A stretch of 63,377 nt of DNA, counting the filler, from Stramenopiles sp. TOSAG23-2 (Eukaryota), in the NCBI GenBank assembly GCA_900128395.1. It is 10 parts of 10 records of this genome, joined end to end, with 100 filler letters (N's around TTAATTAATTAA, not from the genome) between each part and the next. Parts side by side here need not be neighbours in the genome. Positions count along the whole stretch, not along the records: positions 31,869 to 38,100 come from LT650496.1; positions 38,201 to 44,428 come from LT650497.1; positions 44,529 to 50,754 come from LT650498.1; 7 more parts are not named here. One strand, given 5' to 3'. This document shows, in pieces, positions 35,501-47,500 of the stretch (position 1 is the stretch's first letter; every line of letters begins with the position of its first letter). A model generated the notes under the pieces. The model was not told the DNA's origin and ran no database searches. It saw only the letters and a program-made list of their open reading frames with translations. The translations under genes were made by a program, and so were the position numbers.

Positions 35501-38100
35501 GTCCACCTGTTACACGCATGATCCATGTGGTGGGGGTGGCAGTATAAGTATGAAAGGCGGTAAAGGCGGCAGAAAACCCCGTGGGTTACCAACGGCAAAG
35601 ATATCGATTGGAGGAGGAGGAGGTGGTGACAAGAAACACAAGCCAAACATTGTACCAGACTTTCCTGAGGTCGATGCAAAAGATGAGTCAAAAGCTAAAA
35701 TAATTGAAGAAGCTACTGTAAATAAAGTTGAGCAGGAATTAATACAAGGTAAATCTGGCAACAAAGGTACAGAAGGTACAACAGATACAACATCCAATGA
35801 AACACAGGCTGAAAGTGAAAAGGAGAAAAAGGTAGGCAATAGCCCAGACACGCCACTACCACCCGCTGGTTGGGAAACTAGTGAATTCAATATTAGTAAT
35901 ACGAATTATAGTGGGTTAAATGATGAATTAGACGAATCAAAAGAAACACATGATGTCATTAAAAACAATATTGGATCTAAGCCCCAGGGAGAAAAAGTTG
36001 CGCCAACAGATATGAATTACTGGAGAAGTGGTTTCCCAAAAGGTTTTAATCACACAGCTCGTGGAGGAGAAAGAACTTCTCGTATCATCACTGAATTTAA
36101 TGGTAAACGGATTAAACCAGAAGATATGCCAAGGCCACAACCAGATCCGGACGATTTAGAATTAGATGGTGATGTGATTCACGAGCCAAGTCCAGTTGCA
36201 TTGCGAGTACGAATATTATTGCGTGCAGCAAAAATGTTTCCTGTAGGCACCCCCGATTATGACGAAATTGATGAGTTGACAACAATGATAAATCACAAAG
36301 TTGGTTTCAAGAGGATCGATTTTGAGAAAATGACAGAGAAAGCAATTGAAAAATTGAAAAGTCGGAGAGACAAAATAATTATGAAGAAGCTGCTGGAAAG
36401 TTTGTATACTCTAGCAAATGAGCGTGGTTTAGGCCCCTCCTTATTCATGGGTCGCACGGAGACAGAAATGGCGAGTAAAAATTGGGCAAATATATTTCAC
36501 GCAGCCGTGGTAGCAAAGAAGTTAAATTTAGAAAATGCACCAAAAGAGGAACAAGATGCGGCAAGAGCTGCGGCACGCTTAATTTATGCCCATCGCAATC
36601 ATCCATATGATGTTGAAGCCCCTGCATCTGTGCTTTGTCGCATGTTAGGCCCCGTTAAATGTAAAATGAATTTGAAGACGGCCATCAATCGAAAGGAACT
36701 AGAAGTTCCATTGGCTATGAGAATTCTTAGTCATGGCAGGGCAGGTAGTTTGTGCGATCAAGTAGGGCCTTGGCAATGCCATGAGTCGCTTGCGAAAGCG
36801 AAGGCTTTAGGTCATTCTTCAATTATTGCTGCCATTTCGGCATTAAAACGCGGTTCTGGAGACATGTTAAGAGATACTGCCTTAGCGCTGAGTAAAAAAG
36901 CAATTCGCATACAAAATGACCTTGGAGAAATGAAAAAGGCTGGAACTTTTACAACACAAATCGAAGACTTGGAACAAAAAGCGGCCGAAGCTGAGAAAGA
37001 GGCATTAGAAGCAAAGGAGGCGTTGACACCATGGGGTACACCAAAGCGCTGTTCACCAACGCTGAACGGGACTGACACAGCTGATTGCTACTGTCAAATT
37101 TTGGGGACAAGGCGCTGTTCCATGACGCTATTTCAAGCTTACCGCGATAATAATATAGATGTGATACACGCAATTCGTTCATTGACGGATGGCAAATCAC
37201 CTGGTCCAGCAACAAAATTTTGTCTATCGTTAGGGCCGAGGAAATGCAGAGAGGTTATGTATGCTGCAAGGATGCATTGTCATCATGACGTTGTTTCTGC
37301 ATTTAAAGTTTTAGAGCCACATTCAGTTGACGCATTAAATGCGTGGAGAAACTGCACAGTAACGAATGGTCATGATTATTTTTCTGCGTGTCCGAGGGGA
37401 GGAAAACCACGACTTGCATGCAGCGGAAATGGGCGGTGCGTATTTGAACGAAAAGGATCTAGATGTAATTGTGATGTTGGGTGGAGTGGACATGCATGCG
37501 ATACTTGGAGTGGTGATTTAAATGGCCCCGGTTGTCTAGCACAACGGATAGCGGCAGCAGCTCGGTGCTCAGGTCATGGAAAATGCTCAAATATGGGAGT
37601 ATGCACATGTTTCAAAGGTTATGTAGGAGGACTCTGTCAACAGCAAGGTATCCCAGAAACTCATAAAAAATGCCCGACGGTGAATTTTCATGAGTGTTCT
37701 GGGCATGGACATTGTAACAAGAAAACCGGCTCATGCTCCTGTTATGGCAACTATGCATTTCCTGATTGTGCTGAGCCTGGTGGAACGAACTGCCCAAAAG
37801 GAAAAGGAGATAAAGATAAAAATCAAGTATGTTCTGGTCATGGCTTTTGTACGTTGCATGGGTTTTGTAGCCCCGCCGACAAAATACACAAAACCCCAGG
37901 ATGTAATAAAGGATATCGCGGAAACAATTGCGAAATATCAATTCTAAATCATGTTGGTTGCCGTGGAGAGACAATGCCATGTTTTGGCCACGCTGAGTGC
38001 GAAACAGATGGAATATGTTACTCTGATACCTTGACGAACACCGTCGGTTGCGATGCCGGCTGGAGTGGCGCTGATTGTAGTGTAAAAGGGACGAAGGAGA
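32541..38100 (+). CDS. Very large secreted Cys-rich protein with C-terminal tenascin-type EGF-like repeats (3'-partial)
   Basis: Signal-peptide-like N-terminus, more than 1850 codons open to the spacer. Repeats 'CSGNGRC...CNCDVGWSGHAC', 'CSGHGKC...CTCFKGYVGGLC', 'CSGHGHC...CSCYGNYAFPDC', 'CSGHGFC', 'CFGHAEC...GWSGADC'. Confidence 0.85.
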
Positions 38101-38202
38101 NNNNNNNNNNNNNNNNNNNNNNNNNNNNNNNNNNNNNNNNNNNNTTAATTAATTAANNNNNNNNNNNNNNNNNNNNNNNNNNNNNNNNNNNNNNNNNNNN
38201 CT

Positions 38203-39162
38203 ACTGGAAAATTTATTGGTAATATATATACTGGTGATGATATCACTAATGTTTTTATGCAATTTGCATCGATGATTGTCGTGTCTTTTACTTGTTTTTG
38301 TTCCTATAATTTTATTAAAACATTTTGTGATTTTGATATCTATAATTATGATAAATTTGAGAAGTATTTTTACAACCATGCAGATCGTCCATTATTAACT
38401 GTTGGTAACCATCAAAGCACCGTAGATGATCCAGTAATAATATCAATGATTGCTCCATTCCGTGAAATAACATATGATACAAGACGATTACGTTGGGGTT
38501 TATGTGCAGAAGAAATATGTTTTAAAAATCAATTTTTTTCGTCTTTCTTTGGTGCTGGTAAAATATTACCTATAAAACGTAATTTAACACAATTTACAAA
38601 AGCTTCTGCAATTGAAAAAAATGCTATTGTTACTGATAATGTAAAAAATAGTAATGAACGTGTTGGTATTAATCAAACGCGTTTTCATGCATTTACAAAT
38701 AAATTACAACCTGGACATTGGGTACATATATTTCCTGAAGGACGAGTATGTCAACAAAGATTAAATGTGCCAAATACAAATTGGAAACGTCCATATTTAA
38801 GATGGGGTGTTGGTAAGATGATTGTACAAAGTGTTCGAAAAGGATATTATCCAATTGTATTGCCATTTTATCATGATGGTTTAAAAGATATTTTACCATG
38901 TGATGAAAATGATAACTTAATATCAAATATACCAAAGACGGGTAAACGTGTTGTGATCAATTTTGACGATCCAATTGTATATGAAGATTTAATTGAAAAT
39001 TATTTAAAGAAGGAAAATAATACATTTTCAGATAATCCTTGGGATGAAATTGAAGATTCAAGACCACCACCAACAAAAGAGGAATTAAAATTATATAGTG
39101 ATATCACAAAACGTGTCATGGATAAATTATTAGAATTAGAAACAAAAACGAGGATGATGTGA
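38203..39162 (+). CDS. TAZ: Tafazzin-family phospholipid acyltransferase (probably 5'-partial)
   Basis: 'RPLLTVGNHQSTVDDP' (HxxxxD), 'RWGLCAEEICF', 'GKILPIKR', 'WVHIFPEGRV', 'RWGVGKMI', 'PIVLPFYH'. Frame is open to the scaffold edge. Confidence 0.92.
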   Translation, partial: TGKFIGNIYTGDDITNVFMQFASMIVVSFTCFCSYNFIKTFCDFDIYNYDKFEKYFYNHADRPLLTVGNHQSTVDDPVIISMIAPFREITYDTRRLRWGLCAEEICFKNQFFSSFFGAGKILPIKRNLTQFTKASAIEKNAIVTDNVKNSNERVGINQTRFHAFTNKLQPGHWVHIFPEGRVCQQRLNVPNTNWKRPYLRWGVGKMIVQSVRKGYYPIVLPFYHDGLKDILPCDENDNLISNIPKTGKRVVINFDDPIVYEDLIENYLKKENNTFSDNPWDEIEDSRPPPTKEELKLYSDITKRVMDKLLELETKTRMM

Positions 39163-39331
39163 TGTGAAAAAGTGTGTGTGTGGTGTGTGTGCGTTTGAAA
39201 TAATAGTGTGGTCTCCTTTTTATTTCTCTCTCGCTAGAATATGTAAAATATTCACGTTGGTTATTTTAAAATATTTCATTTTTTTTACAATTTATAATTC
39301 TCTCTCACAACATCTTACGTATATAAATCTT

Positions 39332-39816
39332 CTATGCAGACAATTTTTTGATTAAATATGCTACAGGGTCATCTTCACGTGCTTTTACTACATCTGCCAT
39401 TAAATTTTTAAACATTTCTTTTAAATTATTATCTTGTGCATATTTATCAGACGCAGCACGGTCAATACCATTACCACCTTGTTCTTCACCTTTTAATATT
39501 GATACAAGACATGCATTAATATCGGTAGGTCTTGATAATAATAATCCCTATTTTTATTTTAGATACGGTAGAAAAAATGTATATGTTAGAACATTGTATT
39601 TAAAGCAGATTTTTGTTTGAAGAAACAATTCTCATAAAGTAATTTGATATTTATTATAGGTGTAAACAATACCGATTGTTTATTGTATAGTATATTTATT
39701 GTTTGTTACTAATATATATTTAATATATATATACTTACTCGCATCATATTTTCACTAATTCCTTGTAAATCTTTTTCCACTATATATTTCCTTGCTTCCT
39801 CTTGTGTTGATGTCAT
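39332..39816 (-). CDS. Small two-exon protein (97 aa) made of two Dpy-30/RIIa-like dimerisation-docking motifs; exons 39816-39739 and 39547-39332
   Basis: Manual splice of intron 39738-39548 (gtaagt..ctaac..atag) gives MTSTQEEARKYIVEKDLQGISENMMRGLLLSRPTDINACLVSILKGEEQGGNGIDRAASDKYAQDNNLKEMFKNLMADVVKAREDDPVAYLIKKLSA*. Confidence 0.75.
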
Positions 39817-41349
39817 TGTATTTATATATTATAATTGTTGTTGTGTTCTTTGTGTATATATGTATATTATATATGTTCTTACAGTATGTTTTCGCTATAT
39901 GTTCTTGTTCTTCTTTTGTTGTATGATTCTCTTACTACATACAGTATGTGCAGAGATTAACTATTTATTGATGGGTATATATTTTCTAACAGCTATGTTC
40001 GATGATTATTATTTATGTGCGTGTGTGTGAAACAGTTAGTAGTCTAGCCAGCTAGGCCATGAAGTACTAACACATGATGGTACTATGGAAGATCAGAGGA
40101 GTACATATCATGATGCTATTTGTATGCTATTTGTCATTACGTGTTAAGCTTACAATGTCTGCCCTTTTCAAACCAAGAATTCATTAACCTTTTGTCTGAA
40201 AGAGTTAATACGATTTGAACAATGTATTGTTGCACCAGCTGCATTTGGTTCAACAGCTGTACCACGATCTCCTGAAACTCGGCTTGATGATTACAGCAGA
40301 GTCTGCAATTTCTCACCGTGCAACACGACAAAATGATACTGCCTTCAATGCTAACAATGTGCAAAATGTGTCAACTACAACATTATTCTTCTTTACATCT
40401 TTGTCATTTGTTACATCTTTCTTTGTATTCTTTTTTCACAAGTATCATAAAATGATACAATTGATGGCAGTGGATAGGTAACATCATTTCCAAATATTCT
40501 GGTACAAATTATTGCTGAGAATTTTCTTGTTTCCTCCTCTTTATTGATTGCCTCTCCATCTATAAAATATGTGCAAATGCACTTCTTGCAATAAATACCA
40601 CACTCACTGCAAGCCCCATTTGCATTTGAACCACAATTTGTGCAGGGGAAATCTTTTCTTGGTCTGTTGGATTCCGAAACGTTCAATGATTCTTTGGTCC
40701 TTTGATTGTAAAGGATCTACAGATCGTAAATTGCATCCATGAAACAAATTGGTGTCTACTAAATTTACTTTTGCTTTCACATCGTTCCAATATTCCCCTC
40801 TATATTTAAAAATGGCACTAGAAGTTCAAGTAGAGTTACCAACACGTCTTCGAAGCGTTGGTAAAGATAAAATGTAATTGAAACTTATTATATTTACTGG
40901 TAGCGTATACACAGGATAGAAATGGTTGGTAAAACAGTGTTTCTATTAATAGAATTTTGTTTCGAACAACCAGACTTTTGCTTTTTTTTTATTAATACTT
41001 TTACCAGGTAGTTAGTAGTATATAAAACAACACTTTATACACACAATTTATATGATATAAAAATTTCTCTTATTTATAAATGTGTAATATTATTATATAC
41101 TCGTATAAAAATTTAAATTTATTTTATTTGCCACAAGCGTTGGTAAGGTATGATACGTTCTCTTAATATTTATATTTAATACGAGCATCGTATTAGTGTC
41201 ACCGTGTATACCGGTGGCCACACTGTAAGACTACGAACACAAGTACAACAAATTGTTTGGTTTTCAGATCAAAGTTCCGCCACACAATTTAAAATTTATA
41301 ATGGCCAACATTTTTTATTTCATGTTTTGGAACTAAGTTAGTCTGCCAA

Positions 41350-43455
41350 CTAAAGCCTACAATTACCTTTACTACGATCTTGTAACAATCGCCGTCGCCT
41401 TACGTCATCATTCGAACCAGTCACTTTATATTGCGTTCCTGTCAATACAATAACTTTGGAATATTTTTTACTCGTTATATCATTCAATGCAGTCAACTTA
41501 TCATCCTTACAACCTGGTTTAAGAATACATTGTTTATAATCTCTTAAATCGTCACAACAATTGCTATTATCAACGTATGCTTGCACTTCCACTTTTGCAC
41601 CAATTAAATACTCTCTTGCTTTGCAATATGGCAATTCACTGTTTAAATAACTATTTTCATCTTTTGTATTTAAATTAACAACAGCAACCCATTCTTTTCT
41701 TTCACCTAATGTATCCATTACTACTTGCTGTATGGAAATATCGTTTGCAGTGAATAATGGAGCAGCTGGACAACTGGTGTCTTTGATATCGTATCGTAAC
41801 GATCGTTTCAGATTAATCATGTAACTTGCATATTCTGATGAAATATCACCTTTCAAATAATGAATTGCAATATTTTTAACAGCAGTATTAGATAAATCTA
41901 AATGATTCGAACCTTTACAAAATCGTGACTTCATTTCTACTAAATTACCCGATGTCCATTTTGTACTAGTTACTTTGTGGTTGCATTGCTGCTCTGCTTT
42001 TGGTGTTTTAGATCCTGGTTTTGCTTGCATGATTTGTTGCATCTTTGTATTTTTTCCTATGCGATGTCTGGAATTTAATTGACGTTTACGCAACGACGAT
42101 TCCAACGTTTGTAATAACGAGTATGATGATGAAGATTCCTGTATTTTCATAGGTTTTTCTAAGACTTGTTCAAGTAAATTATAAAATTGTTTCATTGCAT
42201 GATGATACGGTATAAATAATTCACATAATTTATGTTCACTTTTGCCTGGTTCATCAACGATACGTGGTCCACATAACGAGACTTCATTGAAAAAAGAATC
42301 GACTAATTTTTTTGCATGTTTCGTTTTACTTTTGCCCAGGGATTCAAGTAATTTTTTTATACCTTTGTGTAAATAACCATTCTGTTTAATCGTATCAGTC
42401 ACTTCAACATATAAATTATGTTTACTATAATCACCACCTTGTGATAATGCAAATGGTATTATATTTTCACGTTTTATGGTGCTACCTGTAGGTGGATTAC
42501 ATGCTTTTAAATTTTTATCACGTCGTTCTTTACAACATATTTCAGGCCAAAATGATTTTGCTTCTTTATCGATATTTTGTATTTGAAATAAATTATCTAA
42601 ATCCGATGCGAAGGAACAAAATGATTTTAATAATTCATCACGATTGGTATCGATGCATGTAGTATCTTCGTTCAATTCTATTTCATTTGATATTTCAATG
42701 GCAGGAAAGACCACAGTGCCTTTACTACGTTGTGTTTCACATGATTTTTCTTCATTTATATCATCTTTTGCTTTACGTCCTTTCATGTATTTATCATGTT
42801 GCAATCTAATTTGTTCTTTTTGCCATAGGCGCTCATTTTTCTTTGATATTTCGTTCTGTTCTTGTTTCAACGAATTTAGTTTTCCTGATAAAATTTTATT
42901 GTCGTTTTTTATATTTGTTACATCATCAAGCACGGTTTTTTTTAAGTCGTCTGAAGCTTGTGCGGCAGTCTTGTGACATTCCGCGCTGGATTTCGCACCA
43001 GTTATAGAGTTAGTAGTTGGTGCAGATGTTGGACACGGCGTGCATTTATCATTGTTAAGCCCGCCACGGCTATAAGTATTCATAGGACACTTGATGCACT
43101 CTTGTTTGCAAATGCACCCAAGATTACCGTACCCACAAGGAGCACTAGATGAACCAGTCACAAACGAAAGACCTCCTGACTTCACATTCTCGGTACAACC
43201 AGCAGGCCATTTAGTTGATTTTATATGCGTTGTTTTTTTCCGCGTACCAAATATGTTTTTATGCCTCATCTCACACTCTTTCCTTGCCGAGTACAAACGA
43301 GATGACATTATTATTGAGTCACAGTTGCCCTCGCGTAAAACAAAGTTAGGTGCTTTTCCAGTTCTATATCCTGGTTCGCACGAATAGCCTTTAGGTGCTA
43401 CTGAATCTTTGATAATAAAGAACAGCATACACAAAAAAGTCTCCAAAATCCTCAT
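41350..43455 (-). CDS. Secreted Cys-rich protein with a GCC2/GCC3 (ephrin-receptor-like) module and coiled coil
   Basis: Signal peptide, 'CIKCPMNTYSRGG..DKCTPCP....TNSITGAKSSAEC', coiled-coil segment, 'SYSLLQ' and C-terminal 'RRRRLLQ'. Confidence 0.7.
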   Translation of the reverse strand: MRILETFLCMLFFIIKDSVAPKGYSCEPGYRTGKAPNFVLREGNCDSIIMSSRLYSARKECEMRHKNIFGTRKKTTHIKSTKWPAGCTENVKSGGLSFVTGSSSAPCGYGNLGCICKQECIKCPMNTYSRGGLNNDKCTPCPTSAPTTNSITGAKSSAECHKTAAQASDDLKKTVLDDVTNIKNDNKILSGKLNSLKQEQNEISKKNERLWQKEQIRLQHDKYMKGRKAKDDINEEKSCETQRSKGTVVFPAIEISNEIELNEDTTCIDTNRDELLKSFCSFASDLDNLFQIQNIDKEAKSFWPEICCKERRDKNLKACNPPTGSTIKRENIIPFALSQGGDYSKHNLYVEVTDTIKQNGYLHKGIKKLLESLGKSKTKHAKKLVDSFFNEVSLCGPRIVDEPGKSEHKLCELFIPYHHAMKQFYNLLEQVLEKPMKIQESSSSYSLLQTLESSLRKRQLNSRHRIGKNTKMQQIMQAKPGSKTPKAEQQCNHKVTSTKWTSGNLVEMKSRFCKGSNHLDLSNTAVKNIAIHYLKGDISSEYASYMINLKRSLRYDIKDTSCPAAPLFTANDISIQQVVMDTLGERKEWVAVVNLNTKDENSYLNSELPYCKAREYLIGAKVEVQAYVDNSNCCDDLRDYKQCILKPGCKDDKLTALNDITSKKYSKVIVLTGTQYKVTGSNDDVRRRRLLQDRSKGNCRL

Positions 43456-44293
43456 TCTTTAAATTGAATTCGTTTAAAGAAGTATAATTTTCCGGCAAAC
43501 GTATATAACTACAGTTTGGAGTTCTAAACTTTTGTATAGAGAATTTTGCAATATGCAATCCAATCTATAAATTATAAAAATACTACTATAAAATTACATC
43601 TTCCATTAATAAATTATTGCTGTTATTATATCTATTATAAATTCCAGAATATATAATATATAATAATACAGGTAATATTTTTTAATGTGCTAATCTCCCC
43701 CCCCTGCTGGCCTTCCAGCCTTCTTCTCTGCAGCTGCAGAGGCCCGTCCCTCTCCTCCTTTTTTTATTTTAATTTTTTTAGCCAAGTACAAGTATAGTAT
43801 TATATGCGTATTACGTATTAGTATCCATAAATCCATATTATAAATATTATAGCATCAACACAGAACTGAATTCAAGTCTGTTACTGGGTTTCGGTTCATA
43901 GAAAAAGTCTGTCCACTTGGATAATTTTTAGAGCAGCAATAATTTTCTAAGGTGATGTTTTTTTCAGCTACAATAAATTGTAATAATACATTAATATATA
44001 CTTATTTCTAAATTCATCAACCCTATATACTGATTTTTTGGCTTAATCCAAAATCGCCATCATTTTTAGAAAATGTCCATCCAATATTATAATTTATTTC
44101 AACAAAATATTGCAATATTTATATTGCATAGAAAAGTTACTCTGAGTTTTAAAATATAGAAGGTGAATAGCAGTACGTCATTTAGGCCGTAATAGCACTA
44201 CGAAGGTACATTAAAAAGTTTATATGTATCTAGTAGAAGCGATTAATTTGTGTGTTTGATAGTTATAATATAGTATTCGAAAAAAAACATCTA

Positions 44294-44428
44294 CTCTCAA
44301 GTACAAAAAATACCTAATCTGGCCTATCAAATATATCAAACACTACAAATCTACTGAGTATATGAAAAGGACTACATTAAGTATAAATATGATAGGAAAT
44401 GAAAAACAGAAAACATGGCAGAAAAACA
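44294..44428. repeat. Dispersed repeat, near-identical in reverse orientation to 50950-51084
   Basis: ctctcaagtacaaaaaa(t/c)acctaatctggcctatcaaatatatcaaacactacaaatctact...; both copies lie at or near scaffold ends. Confidence 0.85.
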
Positions 44429-44528
44429 NNNNNNNNNNNNNNNNNNNNNNNNNNNNNNNNNNNNNNNNNNNNTTAATTAATTAANNNNNNNNNNNNNNNN
44501 NNNNNNNNNNNNNNNNNNNNNNNNNNNN

Positions 44529-47500
44529 AGTTTAAGAATAGATAACACGTTTGATGTTACAAATTTACAATGTGCATCTGGATATGAAGGTAATAATCTA
44601 ACTGTAACTAAATGTACAAATGATGGTGATCCATATTTAGTAAGTGGCTGTACATTTTCCTTTTGTCAGTGGAACAGTCCGGAGGGTTGCAAAAAGTGCC
44701 AGCATAATTTGTACTTGCACAATGGAACATGCATTTCAACATGTCCAGATGGTTTTGTGGAGCGAAGACCAACGTCACGATCAGCAACTGGAAGAAGTTG
44801 CATGGCCATACACTCGGACGTAATTGTGAAAATGTGGGGGAGTTCTAATAAGCCAAGTTACACTCCTGCAGGATTGACAAGTGGTGTGATTACAATATTT
44901 TCCACTAGGTACGCCTTTGCTGCATTAAAATCAGATGGAAGTGTAAAAGCATGGGGGAGTAGTAGTTATGGAGGCACTGATCCAGGATTGACAAGTGGTG
45001 TGGTTACAATATTTCACACTGGTAGTGCCTTTGCTGCATTAAAATCTGATGGAAGTGTAAAAGCATGGGGGGATAGTGATCGGGGAGGCGCTGATCCAGG
45101 ATTGACAAGTGGTGTAGTTACTATATTTTCCAATTCGTGGGCCTTTGCTGCATTAAAATCAGATGGAAGTGTAAAAGTATGGGGGAATAGTGATCGGGGA
45201 GGCGCTGATCCAGGATTGACAAGTGGTGTTGTTGCAATATTTTCCACTGGTAGTGCCTTTGCTGCATTAAAATCAGATGGAAGCGTAAAAGCATGGGGGG
45301 ATAGTGAAGTTGGAGGCGCTGATCCAGGATTGACAAGTGATGTGGTTACTATATTTTCCAATTCGTACGCCTTTGCTGCATTAAAATCAGATGGAAGCGT
45401 AAAAGCATGGGGGAGTAGTTGGTATGGAGGCGATGATCCAGGATTGACAAGTGGTGTGGTTACAATATTTTCCACTAAGTACGCCTTTGCTGCATTAAAA
45501 TCAGATGGAAGTGTAAAAGTATGGGGTGATAGTAATTACGGAGGCACTGATCCAGGATTGACAAGTGGTGTAGTTACAATATTCTCCAATTCGTACGCCT
45601 TTGCTGCATTAAAATCTGATGGAAGCGTAAACGTATGGGGGAGTATTAGTTCTGGAGGCACTGATCCAGGATTGACAAGTGGTGTGGTTACAATATTTTC
45701 CAATTGGTACGCCTTTGCTGCATTAAAATCAGATGGAAGTGTAAAAGTATGGGGTGATAGTAATTACGGAGGCACTGATCCAGGATTGACAAGTGGTGTA
45801 GTTACAATATTTTCCAATTCGTACGCCTTTGCTGCATTAAAATCAGATGGAAGTGTAAAAGTATGGGGGAATAGTAGATTTGGAGGCACTGATCCAGGAT
45901 TGACAAGTGATGTGGTCACCATATTTTCCACTGGTAGTGCCTTTGCTGCATTAAAATTTGAAAGTTGTGTACGTCCAAGTACAATACGATTATTGGTATC
46001 TTATGAAAGACAAACAAGTTCAAAATGTGCAACTCCAATTACTTCTATGTCTGAATGTAATACTGCTGCTACGCAATTAGATTTTCCGCATACATCGGCG
46101 TACAACGACAATCAAGATGGTGCAAGTTCGGATCCAAACGGGTGTTATTATGAGCATGGCAGTTTAAAATTCAACGCGAAAATGACAAATACGGGAAATT
46201 GTAACGGAAATGACAAATGTCTGTGCAGGAAAGAAGTGTTTGTGCCATTTACATATCCAGTGGGTTACAACGTGACAAATCTAGTTGAAAATAATTTAGC
46301 TATGAATGAAATAAATGTATGTATAAATAAAAAATACTGATCTCCATTTATGTTTTCTTGGCAAAAAAACTAACATTTATTATTTTTTAAACACACGTTC
46401 ACATATATTTTTATTGTATATATATACATATAGGTAACTGGGTTGAAATGTGCTAATGGATACGCTGGATCACCGACAATACTAACATGCAGCTCTGATG
46501 AAACGTTTTATAACTTTACTGGATGCGAATTAATACCAACATGCAAACCTATGTATGTTGATCAGTATTTTATCGCAACATCTGCTGGTTCAACATTTTC
46601 TATTGGTGCAAACCCTATTGACACGTTGAACGAATGTGAAACTGCCATAAATGGATTATTGCCTTCACTTAATGTGGCTACAATAAGTCGCGCATACGAA
46701 ATGCAAATAAGGGGGAAATGTGCAAATCCAATTACTTCTATGTCTGAATGTAATACTGCTGCTACGAGATTAGGGACTACGGATACATCAGCGCGCGACG
46801 ACAATCAAAATCGTGGATGGTTGGATCCAAAAGGGTGTTATATTAAGCAAGTACGCATAAGTAGCAGCAGAGGTGTACACACCTCTTATCATTTAAAATT
46901 CAACGTGAAAATGACAAATACGGGAAATTGTGATGGAAGTAACAAATGTCTATGCAGGAAAGAACCACCAACAAATTGTTGGATAAAAAACCAAAACGCA
47001 AACACGATTCAAGCATATTTTACTAACGTCCAAAGTCAAGGAGCATGTACAAGTAAGTTCCCTTGTGTATTCAAGAGGAAAGTCTGGGCATCCCAATCTA
47101 GATATTCCCAGAAAAGCTATGGGAGATGTATTATTGTTATTCAAACGAAGGATGAATGTGAAGCTGCGGCTATGGCACTTAGTTATAACGATGTAACAGC
47201 CATGTCATATGATAGCAACTCTTATCCGGCAGGGTGTTACTATGAAAGCCTCGGTTCTAGGTTATATTTCAACCGTAAAACAACAAGCAATGCAGTTTGT
47301 AGCTCTAGTCAATCTTGTCTTTGTAATAAAGTACAGCATGTACCATCAATACCAGGCTACAATATTAATAATATACAGGAACATAATTTAAGGACTGATA
47401 TCATTAGTGTTACTGGTGTTACATGTGCACATGGTTATATTGGAACACCAAAAATAATTGGATGCTCTGTTGATAATAGACCATATCATATATCAGGTTG

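Noticed and set aside
41350-41361. C-terminal 'CRL' as a peroxisomal PTS1 signal
   Set aside because: The protein has an N-terminal signal peptide and disulfide-type modules, so it is more likely secreted.
44869-45958. CRISPR array or diversity-generating retroelement interpretation of the constant/variable repeat array
   Set aside because: The units are in-frame coding repeats with variable parts of only about 12 nt. Variation is whole-codon, not adenine-specific, and no cas or reverse-transcriptase gene is in the window.
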